A DNA stretch of 64,000 bases from Escherichia coli (GCF_003334385.1 NZ_QOWN01000021.1), one strand, 5' to 3'; counted from the first letter of the stretch, positions 10,117 to 22,728 are shown. Made by a program: numbers and translations. The notes: a model not told the origin generated them from the letters alone.

Positions 10117-10928
10117 CTATTTGCGGTTGAAGGTGCCGTTCGTCCGAGCGGCACCACAAGCGGCGTTCCGGCAACTGGATCGTCAATGATCATGCAGCGC
10201 AGACCATAAATGCGCTCAATCAGTTCAGCAGTGACAATCTCCTTCGGCGCTCCCTGAGCAACAATTTTCCCTTCCCGCAATGCAATCAAATGGCTGGCGT
10301 AACGACAGGCCTGATTAAGATCGTGCAGCACCGCCGCCAGGGTATAGCCTTTTTCGCGGTTCAGTTCGCTTAACAACTCCAGCAAATCAATCTGATGACT
10401 GATATCCAGCCAGGTCGTGGGTTCGTCGAGCAGCATAATTGCCGTTTCCTGGGCCAGCACCATCGCGATCCACGCTCGCTGGCGTTGTCCGCCAGAAAGG
10501 GTATCCACGCTTTGATCTGCCAGATGAGTTATTCCCGTGGCCTGCATTGCTTTCGTTACCGCTTCTTCATCCTCTTTGCGCCAGCGGGTAAACAGCGGTT
10601 GATGCGGATAACGTCCACGCGCCACCAGCTCCTGCACGGTGATATCGCCCGGCGTGGTAGCATTTTGCGCCAACAGACCAATCCGGCGTGCAACCTCTTT
10701 ACTGGCGTAATGTTGAATGTGCTCGCCATCCAGCCAGACATGCCCATGAGCAGGCGTCATCAGGCGGCTTAAGGTACGCAGTAACGTGGATTTACCGCAG
10801 CCATTTGGCCCGATAATTGCCGTGAAGTGACCATCAGGTATTTCTACAGTCAGATTTTCCGCAACGGTATATTTGCCATATCCCAGGGTTAACTGTTCGC
10901 CGCGCAAACGGGCTACTGATTCGGTCAT
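10113..10928 (-). CDS. fepC: Ferric enterobactin ABC transporter ATP-binding protein FepC
   Basis: 271 aa from MTESVARLRGEQLTLGYGK; Walker A GPNGCGKST, ABC signature LSGGQRQR, Walker B MLLDEP; ORF has 47-codon in-frame upstream extension, judged untranslated. Confidence 0.93.
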   Translation of the reverse strand: MTESVARLRGEQLTLGYGKYTVAENLTVEIPDGHFTAIIGPNGCGKSTLLRTLSRLMTPAHGHVWLDGEHIQHYASKEVARRIGLLAQNATTPGDITVQELVARGRYPHQPLFTRWRKEDEEAVTKAMQATGITHLADQSVDTLSGGQRQRAWIAMVLAQETAIMLLDEPTTWLDISHQIDLLELLSELNREKGYTLAAVLHDLNQACRYASHLIALREGKIVAQGAPKEIVTAELIERIYGLRCMIIDDPVAGTPLVVPLGRTAPSTANS

Positions 10929-11917
10929 TTTTTGCGAGACTCCTGAATTAACAAGACGATAAGGTAAATACCGCCGAGGCTGACGGTAACGACGCCAACC
11001 GGAAGTTGATACGGCATAAACAGTTGTTGGGCGCAGAGATCGGCCGCCAGCAGTAACAGCGCCCCGCATAGCGCCGCCTGGGTTAGCCCCCAGCGAGCGG
11101 TGCCGCTAATGCGTCGGGCAATGTGCGGTGCGACTAAAGCAATAAAGGAAATCGGCCCGGCAAGCGCTGTTGCCGCAGCGGTAAGCACCACTGCAACCAG
11201 CATCATTAACAGACGCGAACGTTCGACGCTGACGCCCAGCGCACACGCGGTATCATCGCCCATTTCCAGCAAGCGCATCCGGCGTACCAGTAAGGCGGCG
11301 GCAATGAGCATCAATATAATGATGGGTGCGGAAGGCGAGGTTTTTGCCCACGTCAGGCCGTTGAGCGATCCGGCATTCCACAAACCTGCTGTTAGCGCCG
11401 TTTCTAAAGACGCTTTCAGCAACAGCCAGGTATTAAAGGCCACCAGCATGGCGCGAACGCCGATACCGATAATAATCAACCGAAAGGTGTCGATGCCGTT
11501 GCGCCAGGCGAGCAGCCAGACCAGCAGCGAAGTGACAATGCCGCCCACCATTGCTGACAGCGCGATAGCCGTCAGGTCCTGACCAAACAGCACCATCGCC
11601 ACCAGCACGCCGCTCCACGCCCCGGTGTTAAAGCCCATTACGTCAGGGCTGCCGAGCGGGTTACGCATCAGCGACTGAAAAATCGCGCCACTGACGCCCA
11701 GTGCTGCGCCAATCAACAGCGCCATCAGCACGCGTGGTAAACGCCATTCGGTGACCACCATCGTCATACTGCGCGGCGCATCGCCCATCAGCGCGGCGAA
11801 TACCTGCGAGGTTTCCAGCGTGACGGCACCGCTGCGTAATCCCCAGATACCTGCAACCACACAGGCGGAAACCAGCAGCAAACAGGTGATGAGTAATCGG
11901 CGAGAGACGTAAATCAT
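10925..11917 (-). CDS. fepG: Ferric enterobactin ABC transporter permease FepG
   Basis: 330-aa polytopic membrane ORF MIYVSRRLLITCLLLVSACVVAG...; start overlaps fepD stop, stop overlaps fepC start. Confidence 0.93.
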   Translation of the reverse strand: MIYVSRRLLITCLLLVSACVVAGIWGLRSGAVTLETSQVFAALMGDAPRSMTMVVTEWRLPRVLMALLIGAALGVSGAIFQSLMRNPLGSPDVMGFNTGAWSGVLVAMVLFGQDLTAIALSAMVGGIVTSLLVWLLAWRNGIDTFRLIIIGIGVRAMLVAFNTWLLLKASLETALTAGLWNAGSLNGLTWAKTSPSAPIIILMLIAAALLVRRMRLLEMGDDTACALGVSVERSRLLMMLVAVVLTAAATALAGPISFIALVAPHIARRISGTARWGLTQAALCGALLLLAADLCAQQLFMPYQLPVGVVTVSLGGIYLIVLLIQESRKK

Positions 11918-12918
11918 GCACCACCTCGCGTTTTACGTCGCACGAGGAAGATCAGCACCGGTGCACCAATAAACGCACTGACCACAGAAACGCGCAGTTC
12001 GCCGGGCACAATCACCCGCCCGATGATATCGGCAAACAGCAGCAGGGCAGGGGTAGCAAGTAGCGTGACGGGCAGCGACCAGCGATGATCGGCACCCACC
12101 AGCCAACGCGCCATATGCGGCATCATCAGGCCAATAAAGGCAATCGGGCCAACTATTGCCGTCGCACTACCACAAAGCACGGTAATCGCCAGCAGACCAA
12201 TCAACTGTGTGCGCGCCACGCGACTGCCCAGCGCCGTCGCGGTGTCGCTGCCGAGGCTCAAACTGTTCAGCGCGCGACTCAGTAATAGCGCAGTTGCTCC
12301 GGCGATCAGCACCGGGATCAGCACCACTTTTAAGGTATGTAGATTGCGAATATCCAGCGAACCGGCTTGCCAGAAACGCAACTGATCGTAGACGTCAGGA
12401 TTAAGCAGGGCGATGCCGCTGGTCAGTCCTTCCAGCACCGCCGCCAGCGCCACGCCCGCCAGGGTTAAACGCACCGGACTTAACTGCCCGCCGCCCTGAC
12501 TGCCGGTAAAGGCAACAATCAATGAGGCCACCAGCGCCCCGGCGAAGGCCATCGCCAGTTGTTCCTGCGCGGAAGAGTAACCAAACAGCGCCGCACCCAG
12601 CACAATGGCAAAGCTGGCTCCGGCGTTCACGCCAAGCAAGCCGGGGTCGGCAAGTGGGTTTCGGGTGAGGGTTTGCATTAACGCCCCGGCAAGGCCAAGC
12701 GCGCCGCCTGCCAGTAAACCGGCAAGGGTACGCGGCAGCCGCGCGTCGAGCACGATGGTGCAGTCGGCGCTCTGGCAGGTGCCGGAGAAGGCCTCCAGCA
12801 CTACGGAAGCGGGGAGTGATTTTGCCCCAATGAGCAGGCTTAATGCCGTCGCGATAATCAGTAATAACAGCAATCCGGGCACGGCAATGGCGCGTGTCAC
12901 GGCAACAGAACCAGACAT
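11914..12918 (-). CDS. fepD: Ferric enterobactin ABC transporter permease FepD
   Basis: 334 aa from MSGSVAVTRAIAVPGLLLLL (ATG at 12918; ORF starts 4 codons earlier at MEVR). Confidence 0.92.
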   Translation of the reverse strand: MSGSVAVTRAIAVPGLLLLLIIATALSLLIGAKSLPASVVLEAFSGTCQSADCTIVLDARLPRTLAGLLAGGALGLAGALMQTLTRNPLADPGLLGVNAGASFAIVLGAALFGYSSAQEQLAMAFAGALVASLIVAFTGSQGGGQLSPVRLTLAGVALAAVLEGLTSGIALLNPDVYDQLRFWQAGSLDIRNLHTLKVVLIPVLIAGATALLLSRALNSLSLGSDTATALGSRVARTQLIGLLAITVLCGSATAIVGPIAFIGLMMPHMARWLVGADHRWSLPVTLLATPALLLFADIIGRVIVPGELRVSVVSAFIGAPVLIFLVRRKTRGGA

Positions 12919-12930
12919 ACGAACTTCCAT

Positions 12931-12955
12931 GATAATGAAATTAATTATCGTTATC
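12931..12955. promoter_or_regulatory. Fur box in fepD/entS divergent promoter
   Basis: gataatgaaattaattatcgttatc closely resembles the Fur consensus (GATAATGATAATCATTATC) and sits between divergent fepD and entS starts. Confidence 0.65.
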
Positions 12956-13028
12956 GATCTTATTTGGATATGTTAGCATGTGCAGCCTAAGAATAGGTAT
13001 TTAAAATATTTGATGGCAAGGCATTGTA

Positions 13029-14279
13029 ATGAATAAACAATCCTGGCTGCTTAACCTCAGCCTGTTGAAAACGCACCCGGCGTTTCGCGCAGTATTCCTC
13101 GCTCGTTTCATCTCAATTGTGTCTCTGGGTTTGCTCGGCGTCGCGGTGCCGGTGCAGATCCAGATGATGACACATTCCACCTGGCAGGTGGGGCTTTCGG
13201 TGACGCTGACCGGCGGCGCGATGTTTGTTGGCCTGATGGTCGGCGGTGTGCTGGCGGATCGCTATGAGCGCAAAAAAGTGATTTTGCTGGCGCGCGGCAC
13301 CTGTGGCATTGGCTTCATTGGACTGTGCCTTAATGCACTGCTGCCGGAGCCGTCATTGCTGGCAATCTATTTACTTGGTTTATGGGATGGTTTTTTCGCA
13401 TCGCTTGGCGTTACGGCGCTATTGGCGGCGACACCAGCACTGGTAGGGCGTGAAAACTTAATGCAGGCCGGGGCGATCACCATGTTGACCGTGCGTCTGG
13501 GGTCGGTGATTTCGCCCATGATTGGCGGTTTATTGCTGGCGACCGGTGGCGTAGCCTGGAACTACGGGCTGGCGGCGGCGGGCACGTTTATTACCTTGCT
13601 ACCGTTGTTAAGCCTTCCGGCGTTGCCACCGCCACCGCAGCCGCGTGAGCATCCGTTGAAATCATTACTGGCAGGATTTCGTTTTCTGCTTGCCAGCCCG
13701 CTGGTGGGCGGGATTGCGCTGCTGGGTGGTTTATTGACGATGGCGAGCGCGGTGCGGGTACTGTATCCGGCGCTGGCTGACAACTGGCAGATGTCAGCGG
13801 CACAGATTGGTTTTCTCTACGCGGCGATCCCGCTCGGCGCGGCTATTGGTGCGTTAACCAGCGGGAAGCTGGCACATAGTGCGCGACCAGGGTTATTGAT
13901 GCTGCTCTCCACGCTGGGATCGTTCCTCGCCATTGGTCTGTTTGGCCTGATGCCGATGTGGATTTTAGGCGTGGTTTGTCTGGCGCTGTTCGGCTGGTTG
14001 AGTGCGGTCAGCTCGTTGCTGCAATACACAATGCTGCAAACGCAAACCCCGGAAGCGATGTTAGGGCGGATTAACGGTTTGTGGACGGCGCAGAACGTGA
14101 CGGGCGATGCCATAGGCGCGGCGCTGCTGGGTGGTTTGGGCGCGATGATGACACCGGTTGCTTCCGCAAGCGCGAGCGGTTTTGGTTTGTTGATTATCGG
14201 CGTGTTGTTATTGCTGGTGCTGGTGGAGTTGCGACATTTTCGCCAGACGCCGCCGCAGGTGACAGCGTCCGACAGTTAA
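13029..14279 (+). CDS. entS: Enterobactin exporter EntS (MFS transporter)
   Basis: 416-aa multi-[32 protein letters not shown]... matching recalled EntS/YbdA. Confidence 0.93.
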   Translation: MNKQSWLLNLSLLKTHPAFRAVFLARFISIVSLGLLGVAVPVQIQMMTHSTWQVGLSVTLTGGAMFVGLMVGGVLADRYERKKVILLARGTCGIGFIGLCLNALLPEPSLLAIYLLGLWDGFFASLGVTALLAATPALVGRENLMQAGAITMLTVRLGSVISPMIGGLLLATGGVAWNYGLAAAGTFITLLPLLSLPALPPPPQPREHPLKSLLAGFRFLLASPLVGGIALLGGLLTMASAVRVLYPALADNWQMSAAQIGFLYAAIPLGAAIGALTSGKLAHSARPGLLMLLSTLGSFLAIGLFGLMPMWILGVVCLALFGWLSAVSSLLQYTMLQTQTPEAMLGRINGLWTAQNVTGDAIGAALLGGLGAMMTPVASASASGFGLLIIGVLLLLVLVELRHFRQTPPQVTASDS

Positions 14280-14282
14280 TGC

Positions 14283-15239
14283 TTAAAACAGCGCCTTAAG
14301 CCTATCCAGCACTTGCATGGCGCTGTAGTAATCCAGACGGAACGTCTCGGTTCCCAGCGCATAAACCTGCTTGTTTTGTACTGCAGGCAGGTGCGCGAGC
14401 AGCGGATTAGCATAAATAGCATCGGCATCTTTCTGATCACCGGCGAACAGGAATAGTGACTCGCCATTTAACCCTGCAGCCAGATTTTCCCCACCAAGCT
14501 GAATGATGTCATGGCGTTTACCCTGACTTTGGCTGGCATTTAACCCTGCGGGTAACTTCGCCAGCGTAAAGCCGAGTTGTTCCAGCATCTGCCCTTGTGC
14601 TGATTCTGGCGTCCAGAGATTGGCACTGTGTGCAGCGGCAGTATAGACAATGGCAGTGACCGGCTGCGGCGGTAATTTGATTTGCTCTTTCGCCGCCGCC
14701 AGTTGCTTATCAAACTGCGCAATCCGCTCTGCCGCTTGTTTCTCATGCCCGGTAATTTCGCCAAGTTGCGTTAACAGCGACTGCCAGCTTTTGTCGTCGT
14801 AATTGATGATTAATGTCGGGGCGATGGTGGAAAGCTGATCATACAGTGCCAGCGCCGAATCCCCGCCGGTTGCGCTAATTAAAATCAGATCCGGCATTTG
14901 CGCGGCAACGGCTTCGGCGCTCGGTTCGCCGATATAGAGCCGTTGCAGTTTGCGTTCTTTCGCCACCTTGCTCCACTGGCGTAAAAAGCCCTGGTCATCC
15001 GCGACGCGGTTATTCGGCGTGGTCGCGCCGCTGGCGATCACCGGAGCATCAATCGCCAGCAGTGAGCCGGTCAGGGTGACGCTGGTGGAAACAATACGCT
15101 GCGGCTGGCTTTCCAGTGTATGTGTGCCACGGCTGTCAGTAATCTGACGCGGCCAGTCAGCGGCCTGAACTGCGGCTATTCCTGAAAGCAAAAGTCCTGT
15201 TAATAGAAGGGCGTTGCGGTAGAGCGGGGCGAGTCTCAC
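14283..15239 (-). CDS. fepB: Ferric enterobactin periplasmic binding protein FepB
   Basis: 318-aa [29 protein letters not shown] (signal peptide) ... matching FepB. Confidence 0.93.
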
Positions 15240-15304
15240 AAATCAGCTTCCTGTTATTAATAAGGTTAAGGGCGTAATGACAAATTCGACAAAGCGCACA
15301 ATCC

Positions 15305-15410
15305 GTCCCCTCGCCCCTTTGGGGAGAGGGTTAGGGTGAGGGGAACAGCCAGCACTGGTGCGAACATTAACCCTCACCCCAGCCCTCACCCTGGAAGGGA
15401 GAGGGGGCAG
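15305..15410. repeat. GC-rich boxC-like intergenic repeat, two partial inverted copies, within the fepB leader
   Basis: gtcccctcgcccctttggggagagggttagggtgagggg and downstream ccctcaccccagccctcaccctggaagggagagggggcag; reverse complement recurs at 22775..22820. Confidence 0.6.
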
Positions 15411-15565
15411 AACGGCGCAGGACATCACATTGCGCTTATGCGAATCCATCAATAATGCTTCTCATTTTCATTGTAACCACAACCAGATGCAACCCCGAGT
15501 TGCAGATTGCGTTACCTCAAGAGTTGACATAGTGCGCGTTTGCTTTTAGGTTAGCGACCGAAAAT

Positions 15566-15590
15566 ATAAATGATAATCATTATTAAAGCC
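15566..15590. promoter_or_regulatory. Fur box in fepB/entC divergent promoter
   Basis: aaatgataatcattattaaagc, near-consensus Fur box about 30 bp upstream of entC ATG. Confidence 0.7.
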
Positions 15591-15613
15591 TTTATCATTT
15601 TGTGGAGGATGAT

Positions 15614-16789
15614 ATGGATACGTCACTGGCTGAGGAAGTACAGCAGACCATGGCAACACTTGCGCCCAATCGCTTTTTCTTTATGTCGCCGTACCGCAGT
15701 TTTACGACGTCAGGATGTTTCGCCCGCTTCGATGAACCGGCTGTGAACGGGGATTCGCCCGACAGTCCCTTCCAGCAAAAACTCGCCGCGCTGTTTGCCG
15801 ATGCCAAAGCGCAGGGCATCAAAAATCCGGTGATGGTCGGGGCGATTCCCTTCGATCCACGTCAGCCTTCGTCGCTGTATATTCCTGAATCCTGGCAGTC
15901 GTTCTCCCGTCAGGAAAAACAAGCTTCCGCACGCCGTTTCACCCGCAGCCAGTCGCTGAATGTGGTGGAACGCCAGGCAATTCCGGAGCAAACCACGTTT
16001 GAACAGATGGTTGCCCGCGCCGCCGCACTTACCGCCACGCCGCAGGTCGACAAAGTGGTGTTGTCACGGTTGATTGATATCACCACTGACGCCGCCATTG
16101 ATAGTGGCGTATTGCTGGAACGGTTGATTGCGCAAAACCCGGTTAGTTACAACTTCCATGTTCCGCTGGCTGATGGTGGCGTCCTGCTGGGGGCCAGCCC
16201 GGAACTGCTGCTACGTAAAGACGGCGAGCGTTTTAGCTCCATTCCGTTAGCCGGTTCCGCGCGTCGTCAGCCGGATGAAGTGCTCGATCGCGAAGCAGGT
16301 AATCGTCTGCTGGCGTCAGAAAAAGATCGCCATGAACATGAACTGGTGACTCAGGCGATGAAAGAGGTACTGCGCGAACGCAGTAGTGAGTTACACGTTC
16401 CTTCTTCTCCACAGCTGATCACCACGCCGACGCTGTGGCATCTCGCAACTCCCTTTGAAGGTAAAGCGAATTCGCAAGAAAACGCACTGACTCTGGCCTG
16501 TCTGCTGCATCCGACCCCCGCGCTGAGCGGTTTCCCGCATCAGGCCGCGACCCAGGTTATTGCTGAACTGGAACCGTTCGACCGCGAACTGTTTGGCGGC
16601 ATTGTGGGTTGGTGTGACAGCGAAGGTAACGGCGAATGGGTGGTGACCATCCGCTGCGCGAAGCTGCGGGAAAATCAGGTGCGTCTGTTTGCCGGAGCGG
16701 GGATTGTGCCTGCGTCGTCACCGTTGGGTGAGTGGCGCGAAACAGGCGTCAAACTTTCTACCATGTTGAACGTTTTTGGATTGCATTAA
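15614..16789 (+). CDS. entC: Isochorismate synthase EntC
   Basis: 391 aa from [30 protein letters not shown] (ATG 15614, GGA-rich RBS upstream). Confidence 0.95.
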
Positions 16790-16798
16790 GGAGCGAGG

Positions 16799-18409
16799 AT
16801 GAGCATTCCATTCACCCGCTGGCCGGAAGAGTTTGCCCGTCGCTATCGGGAAAAAGGCTACTGGCAGGATTTGCCGCTGACCGACATTCTGACGCGACAT
16901 GCTGCGAGTGACAGCATCGCGGTTATCGACGGCGAGCGACAGTTGAGTTATCGGGAGCTGAATCAGGCGGCGGATAACCTCGCGTGTAGTTTACGCCGTC
17001 AGGGCATTAAACCTGGTGAAACCGCGCTGGTACAACTGGGTAACGTCGCTGAATTGTATATTACCTTTTTCGCGCTGCTGAAACTGGGCGTTGCGCCGGT
17101 GCTGGCGTTGTTCAGCCATCAGCGTAGTGAACTGAACGCCTATGCCAGCCAGATTGAACCCGCATTGCTGATTGCCGATCGCCAACATGCGCTGTTTAGC
17201 GGGGATGATTTCCTCAATACTTTCGTCACAGAACATTCCTCCATTCGCGTGGTGCAACTGCTCAACGACAGCGGTGAGCATAACTTGCAGGATGCGATTA
17301 ACCATCCGGCTGAGGATTTTACTGCCACGCCATCACCTGCTGATGAAGTGGCCTATTTCCAGCTTTCCGGTGGCACCACCGGCACACCAAAACTGATCCC
17401 GCGCACTCATAACGACTACTACTACAGCGTGCGTCGTAGCGTCGAGATTTGTCAGTTCACACAACAGACACGCTACCTGTGCGCGATCCCGGCGGCTCAT
17501 AACTACGCCATGAGTTCGCCAGGATCGCTGGGCGTCTTTCTTGCCGGAGGAACGGTTGTTCTGGCGGCCGATCCCAGCGCCACGCTCTGTTTCCCATTGA
17601 TTGAAAAACATCAGGTTAACGTTACCGCGCTGGTGCCACCCGCAGTCAGCCTGTGGTTGCAGGCGCTGATCGAAGGCGAAAGCCGGGCGCAGCTTGCCTC
17701 GCTGAAACTGTTACAGGTCGGCGGCGCACGTCTTTCTGCCACCCTTGCGGCGCGTATTCCCGCTGAGATTGGCTGTCAGTTGCAGCAGGTGTTTGGCATG
17801 GCGGAAGGGCTGGTGAACTACACCCGACTTGATGATAGCGCGGAGAAAATTATCCATACCCAGGGTTACCCAATGTGTCCGGATGACGAAGTATGGGTTG
17901 CCGATGCCGAAGGAAATCCACTGCCGCAAGGGGAAGTCGGACGCCTGATGACGCGCGGGCCGTACACCTTCCGCGGCTATTACAAAAGTCCACAGCACAA
18001 TGCCAGCGCCTTTGATGCCAACGGTTTTTACTGTTCCGGCGATCTGATCTCTATTGATCCAGAGGGTTACATCACCGTGCAGGGGCGCGAGAAAGATCAG
18101 ATTAACCGTGGCGGCGAGAAGATCGCTGCCGAAGAGATCGAAAACCTGCTGCTGCGCCACCCGGCGGTGATCTACGCCGCACTGGTGAGCATGGAAGATG
18201 AGCTGATGGGCGAAAAAAGCTGCGCTTATCTGGTGGTAAAAGAGCCGCTGCGCGCGGTGCAGGTGCGTCGTTTCCTGCGTGAACAGGGTATTGCCGAATT
18301 TAAATTACCGGATCGCGTGGAGTGTGTGGATTCACTTCCGCTGACGGCGGTCGGGAAAGTCGATAAAAAACAATTACGTCAGTGGCTGGCGTCACGCGCA
18401 TCAGCCTGA
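16799..18409 (+). CDS. entE: 2,3-dihydroxybenzoate-AMP ligase EntE
   Basis: 536-aa [27 protein letters not shown]..., adenylate-forming motifs (SGGTTGTPK). Confidence 0.95.
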   Translation: MSIPFTRWPEEFARRYREKGYWQDLPLTDILTRHAASDSIAVIDGERQLSYRELNQAADNLACSLRRQGIKPGETALVQLGNVAELYITFFALLKLGVAPVLALFSHQRSELNAYASQIEPALLIADRQHALFSGDDFLNTFVTEHSSIRVVQLLNDSGEHNLQDAINHPAEDFTATPSPADEVAYFQLSGGTTGTPKLIPRTHNDYYYSVRRSVEICQFTQQTRYLCAIPAAHNYAMSSPGSLGVFLAGGTVVLAADPSATLCFPLIEKHQVNVTALVPPAVSLWLQALIEGESRAQLASLKLLQVGGARLSATLAARIPAEIGCQLQQVFGMAEGLVNYTRLDDSAEKIIHTQGYPMCPDDEVWVADAEGNPLPQGEVGRLMTRGPYTFRGYYKSPQHNASAFDANGFYCSGDLISIDPEGYITVQGREKDQINRGGEKIAAEEIENLLLRHPAVIYAALVSMEDELMGEKSCAYLVVKEPLRAVQVRRFLREQGIAEFKLPDRVECVDSLPLTAVGKVDKKQLRQWLASRASA

Positions 18410-18422
18410 AGGAGAGAACACG

Positions 18423-19279
18423 ATGGCTATTCCAAAATTACAGGCTTACGCACTGCCGGAGTCTCACGATATTCCGCAGAATAAAGTTGACTGGGCCTTT
18501 GAACCGCAACGTGCCGCGTTGTTAATCCATGATATGCAGGACTATTTTGTCAGCTTCTGGGGCGAGAACTGCCCGATGATGGAGCAGGTGATCGCGAATA
18601 TTGCTGCGCTGCGCGACTACTGCAAACAGCACAATATCCCGGTTTATTACACCGCCCAGCCGAAAGAGCAGAGCGATGAAGATCGGGCGCTGTTGAATGA
18701 TATGTGGGGGCCGGGCCTGACCCGCTCGCCGGAACAGCAAAAGGTGGTGGATCGCCTGACGCCAGATGCCGACGACACGGTGCTGGTGAAGTGGCGCTAC
18801 AGCGCGTTTCATCGTTCTCCGCTGGAGCAAATGCTGAAAGAGAGTGGACGTAACCAGCTGATTATTACCGGGGTATATGCCCACATTGGCTGTATGACCA
18901 CCGCAACCGACGCATTTATGCGCGATATTAAACCGTTTATGGTGGCGGATGCGCTGGCCGATTTCAGCCGTGACGAGCATTTGATGTCGCTGAAATATGT
19001 GGCCGGACGTTCTGGCCGGGTGGTGATGACTGAAGAATTACTGCCAGCACCTATCCCCGCCAGCAAAGCGGCGCTGCGTGAGGTGATCCTGCCGTTGCTG
19101 GACGAGTCCGATGAACCGTTCGATGACGACAACCTGATCGACTACGGTCTGGATTCGGTGCGCATGATGGCGCTGGCGGCGCGCTGGCGCAAAGTGCATG
19201 GTGATATCGACTTTGTCATGCTGGCGAAAAACCCGACCATCGACGCCTGGTGGAAGCTACTCTCCCGCGAGGTGAAATA

Positions 19280-19280
<1 letters not shown>
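18423..19280 (+). CDS. entB: Isochorismatase / aryl carrier protein EntB
   Basis: 285-aa ORF MAIPKLQAYALPESHDIPQNKVDW...; C-terminal ArCP region with DSV serine site; stop overlaps entA ATG. Confidence 0.95.
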
Positions 19281-20442
<1,162 letters not shown>

Positions 20443-20559
20443 ACCCGACAGAATTAGATGAGATTGCAGGAAAACTCGGTTAACGGAGTGATCGAGTTAA
20501 CATTGTTAAGTTAAATATTGGTTTCAACTCCGATTTACATGGTTGCTGTGTTGTTAAAT

Positions 20560-20622
20560 TGTACAAAGATGTTATAGAAACAAAATGTAACATCTCTATG
20601 GACACGCACACGGATAACAACT
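20560..20622 (+). promoter_or_regulatory. cstA 5' leader with GGA motifs near the ribosome-binding region (putative CsrA sites)
   Basis: GGA-containing motifs (atggacacgcacacggataacaactATG) adjacent to start; cstA is a known CsrA and CRP target; exact sites not resolved. Confidence 0.35.
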
Positions 20623-22728
20623 ATGAACAAATCAGGGAAATACCTCGTCTGGACAGTGCTCTCTGTAATGGGAGCATTTGCTCTGGGATACATTGCTTTA
20701 AATCGTGGGGAACAGATCAACGCGCTGTGGATTGTGGTGGCGTCGGTCTGTATCTATCTGATCGCTTACCGTTTTTATGGGCTGTATATCGCCAAAAATG
20801 TGCTGGCGGTTGACCCGACGCGTATGACGCCAGCGGTGCGCCATAACGACGGGCTGGACTATGTGCCGACGGACAAGAAAGTGCTGTTCGGTCACCATTT
20901 TGCGGCCATTGCCGGAGCAGGTCCGCTGGTGGGGCCGGTACTGGCGGCGCAAATGGGCTACCTGCCGGGGATGATCTGGCTGCTCGCTGGGGTGGTTCTC
21001 GCCGGTGCGGTGCAGGATTTCATGGTGCTGTTTGTTTCTACGCGCCGTGACGGTCGCTCGCTGGGTGAGCTGGTCAAAGAAGAGATGGGGCCAACCGCCG
21101 GGGTGATTGCGCTGGTGGCCTGCTTTATGATCATGGTCATTATCCTTGCAGTGCTGGCGATGATCGTGGTGAAAGCCCTGACTCATAGCCCGTGGGGAAC
21201 ATATACCGTTGCGTTCACCATTCCGCTGGCGCTGTTTATGGGGATCTACCTGCGCTATCTGCGTCCGGGGCGTATTGGCGAAGTGTCGGTCATCGGTCTG
21301 GTATTCCTGATTTTCGCCATTATCTCTGGCGGCTGGGTGGCAGAAAGTCCGACCTGGGCACCGTACTTTGACTTTACCGGCGTGCAGTTGACCTGGATGC
21401 TGGTGGGTTACGGTTTTGTGGCGGCGGTGCTGCCGGTGTGGTTACTGCTGGCCCCGCGTGACTACCTCTCTACCTTCCTGAAAATCGGGACTATCGTCGG
21501 TCTGGCGGTAGGCATTTTGATTATGCGCCCGACGCTGACCATGCCTGCGCTGACCAAATTTGTCGATGGCACTGGCCCGGTATGGACCGGTAACCTGTTC
21601 CCGTTCCTGTTTATCACCATCGCCTGTGGCGCGGTGTCTGGCTTCCATGCGCTGATCTCTTCTGGGACCACGCCGAAGATGCTGGCGAACGAAGGGCAGG
21701 CGTGCTTTATCGGCTACGGTGGGATGTTAATGGAATCCTTCGTGGCGATTATGGCGCTGGTTTCCGCCTGTATAATCGATCCGGGCGTGTATTTTGCCAT
21801 GAACAGCCCGATGGCGGTGCTGGCTCCGGCAGGGACGGCGGATGTGGTCGCTTCTGCCGCGCAGGTGGTGAGTAGCTGGGGCTTTAGCATTACACCAGAT
21901 ACGCTAAACCAGATTGCCAGCGAAGTGGGTGAACAGTCGATCATTTCCCGTGCGGGCGGTGCGCCGACGCTGGCGGTGGGGATGGCCTACATTCTGCACG
22001 GCGCGCTGGGCGGCATGATGGATGTGGCGTTCTGGTATCACTTCGCCATTTTGTTTGAAGCCCTGTTTATTCTGACGGCGGTGGATGCAGGTACGCGTGC
22101 TGCGCGCTTTATGTTGCAGGATCTGCTGGGCGTGGTGTCTCCTGGCCTGAAGCGGACCGATTCACTGCCTGCTAACCTGCTGGCAACAGCGCTGTGCGTA
22201 CTGGCGTGGGGCTACTTCCTCCATCAGGGCGTGGTCGATCCGCTGGGCGGCATTAACACTCTGTGGCCGCTGTTTGGTATTGCCAACCAGATGCTGGCAG
22301 GGATGGCGCTGATGCTCTGTGCCGTGGTGTTGTTCAAGATGAAACGTCAACGTTACGCCTGGGTGGCGCTGGTACCAACGGCCTGGCTGCTGATTTGTAC
22401 CCTGACCGCAGGCTGGCAGAAAGCGTTTAGCCCGGATGCGAAAGTCGGCTTCCTGGCCATTGCTAATAAGTTCCAGGCAATGATCGACAGCGGCAATATT
22501 CCGTCGCAGTATACTGAGTCACAGCTGGCGCAACTGGTGTTCAACAACCGTCTGGATGCCGGGTTAACCATCTTCTTTATGGTGGTCGTGGTGGTTCTGG
22601 CACTGTTCTCGATTAAGACGGCACTTGCGGCATTGAAAGATCCGAAGCCAACGGCGAAAGAAACGCCGTATGAACCAATGCCGGAAAATGTCGAGGAGAT
22701 CGTGGCGCAGGCAAAAGGCGCACACTAA
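20623..22728 (+). CDS. cstA: Carbon starvation protein A, peptide/pyruvate transporter CstA
   Basis: 701-aa polytopic ORF MNKSGKYLVWTVLSVMGAFALGYIALNRGEQ... Confidence 0.95.
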   Translation: MNKSGKYLVWTVLSVMGAFALGYIALNRGEQINALWIVVASVCIYLIAYRFYGLYIAKNVLAVDPTRMTPAVRHNDGLDYVPTDKKVLFGHHFAAIAGAGPLVGPVLAAQMGYLPGMIWLLAGVVLAGAVQDFMVLFVSTRRDGRSLGELVKEEMGPTAGVIALVACFMIMVIILAVLAMIVVKALTHSPWGTYTVAFTIPLALFMGIYLRYLRPGRIGEVSVIGLVFLIFAIISGGWVAESPTWAPYFDFTGVQLTWMLVGYGFVAAVLPVWLLLAPRDYLSTFLKIGTIVGLAVGILIMRPTLTMPALTKFVDGTGPVWTGNLFPFLFITIACGAVSGFHALISSGTTPKMLANEGQACFIGYGGMLMESFVAIMALVSACIIDPGVYFAMNSPMAVLAPAGTADVVASAAQVVSSWGFSITPDTLNQIASEVGEQSIISRAGGAPTLAVGMAYILHGALGGMMDVAFWYHFAILFEALFILTAVDAGTRAARFMLQDLLGVVSPGLKRTDSLPANLLATALCVLAWGYFLHQGVVDPLGGINTLWPLFGIANQMLAGMALMLCAVVLFKMKRQRYAWVALVPTAWLLICTLTAGWQKAFSPDAKVGFLAIANKFQAMIDSGNIPSQYTESQLAQLVFNNRLDAGLTIFFMVVVVVLALFSIKTALAALKDPKPTAKETPYEPMPENVEEIVAQAKGAH

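Noticed and set aside
11100-11582. 160-aa plus-strand ORF
   Set aside because: Antisense to fepG; Ala/Ser-rich reverse-frame translation of a membrane-protein gene.
15243-15452. 69-aa ORF in the fepB upstream region (minus strand)
   Set aside because: Lies wholly inside the GC-rich boxC-like repeats; its Pro/Arg/Gly-rich translation is the usual translation artefact of such repeats; better explained as structured fepB leader.
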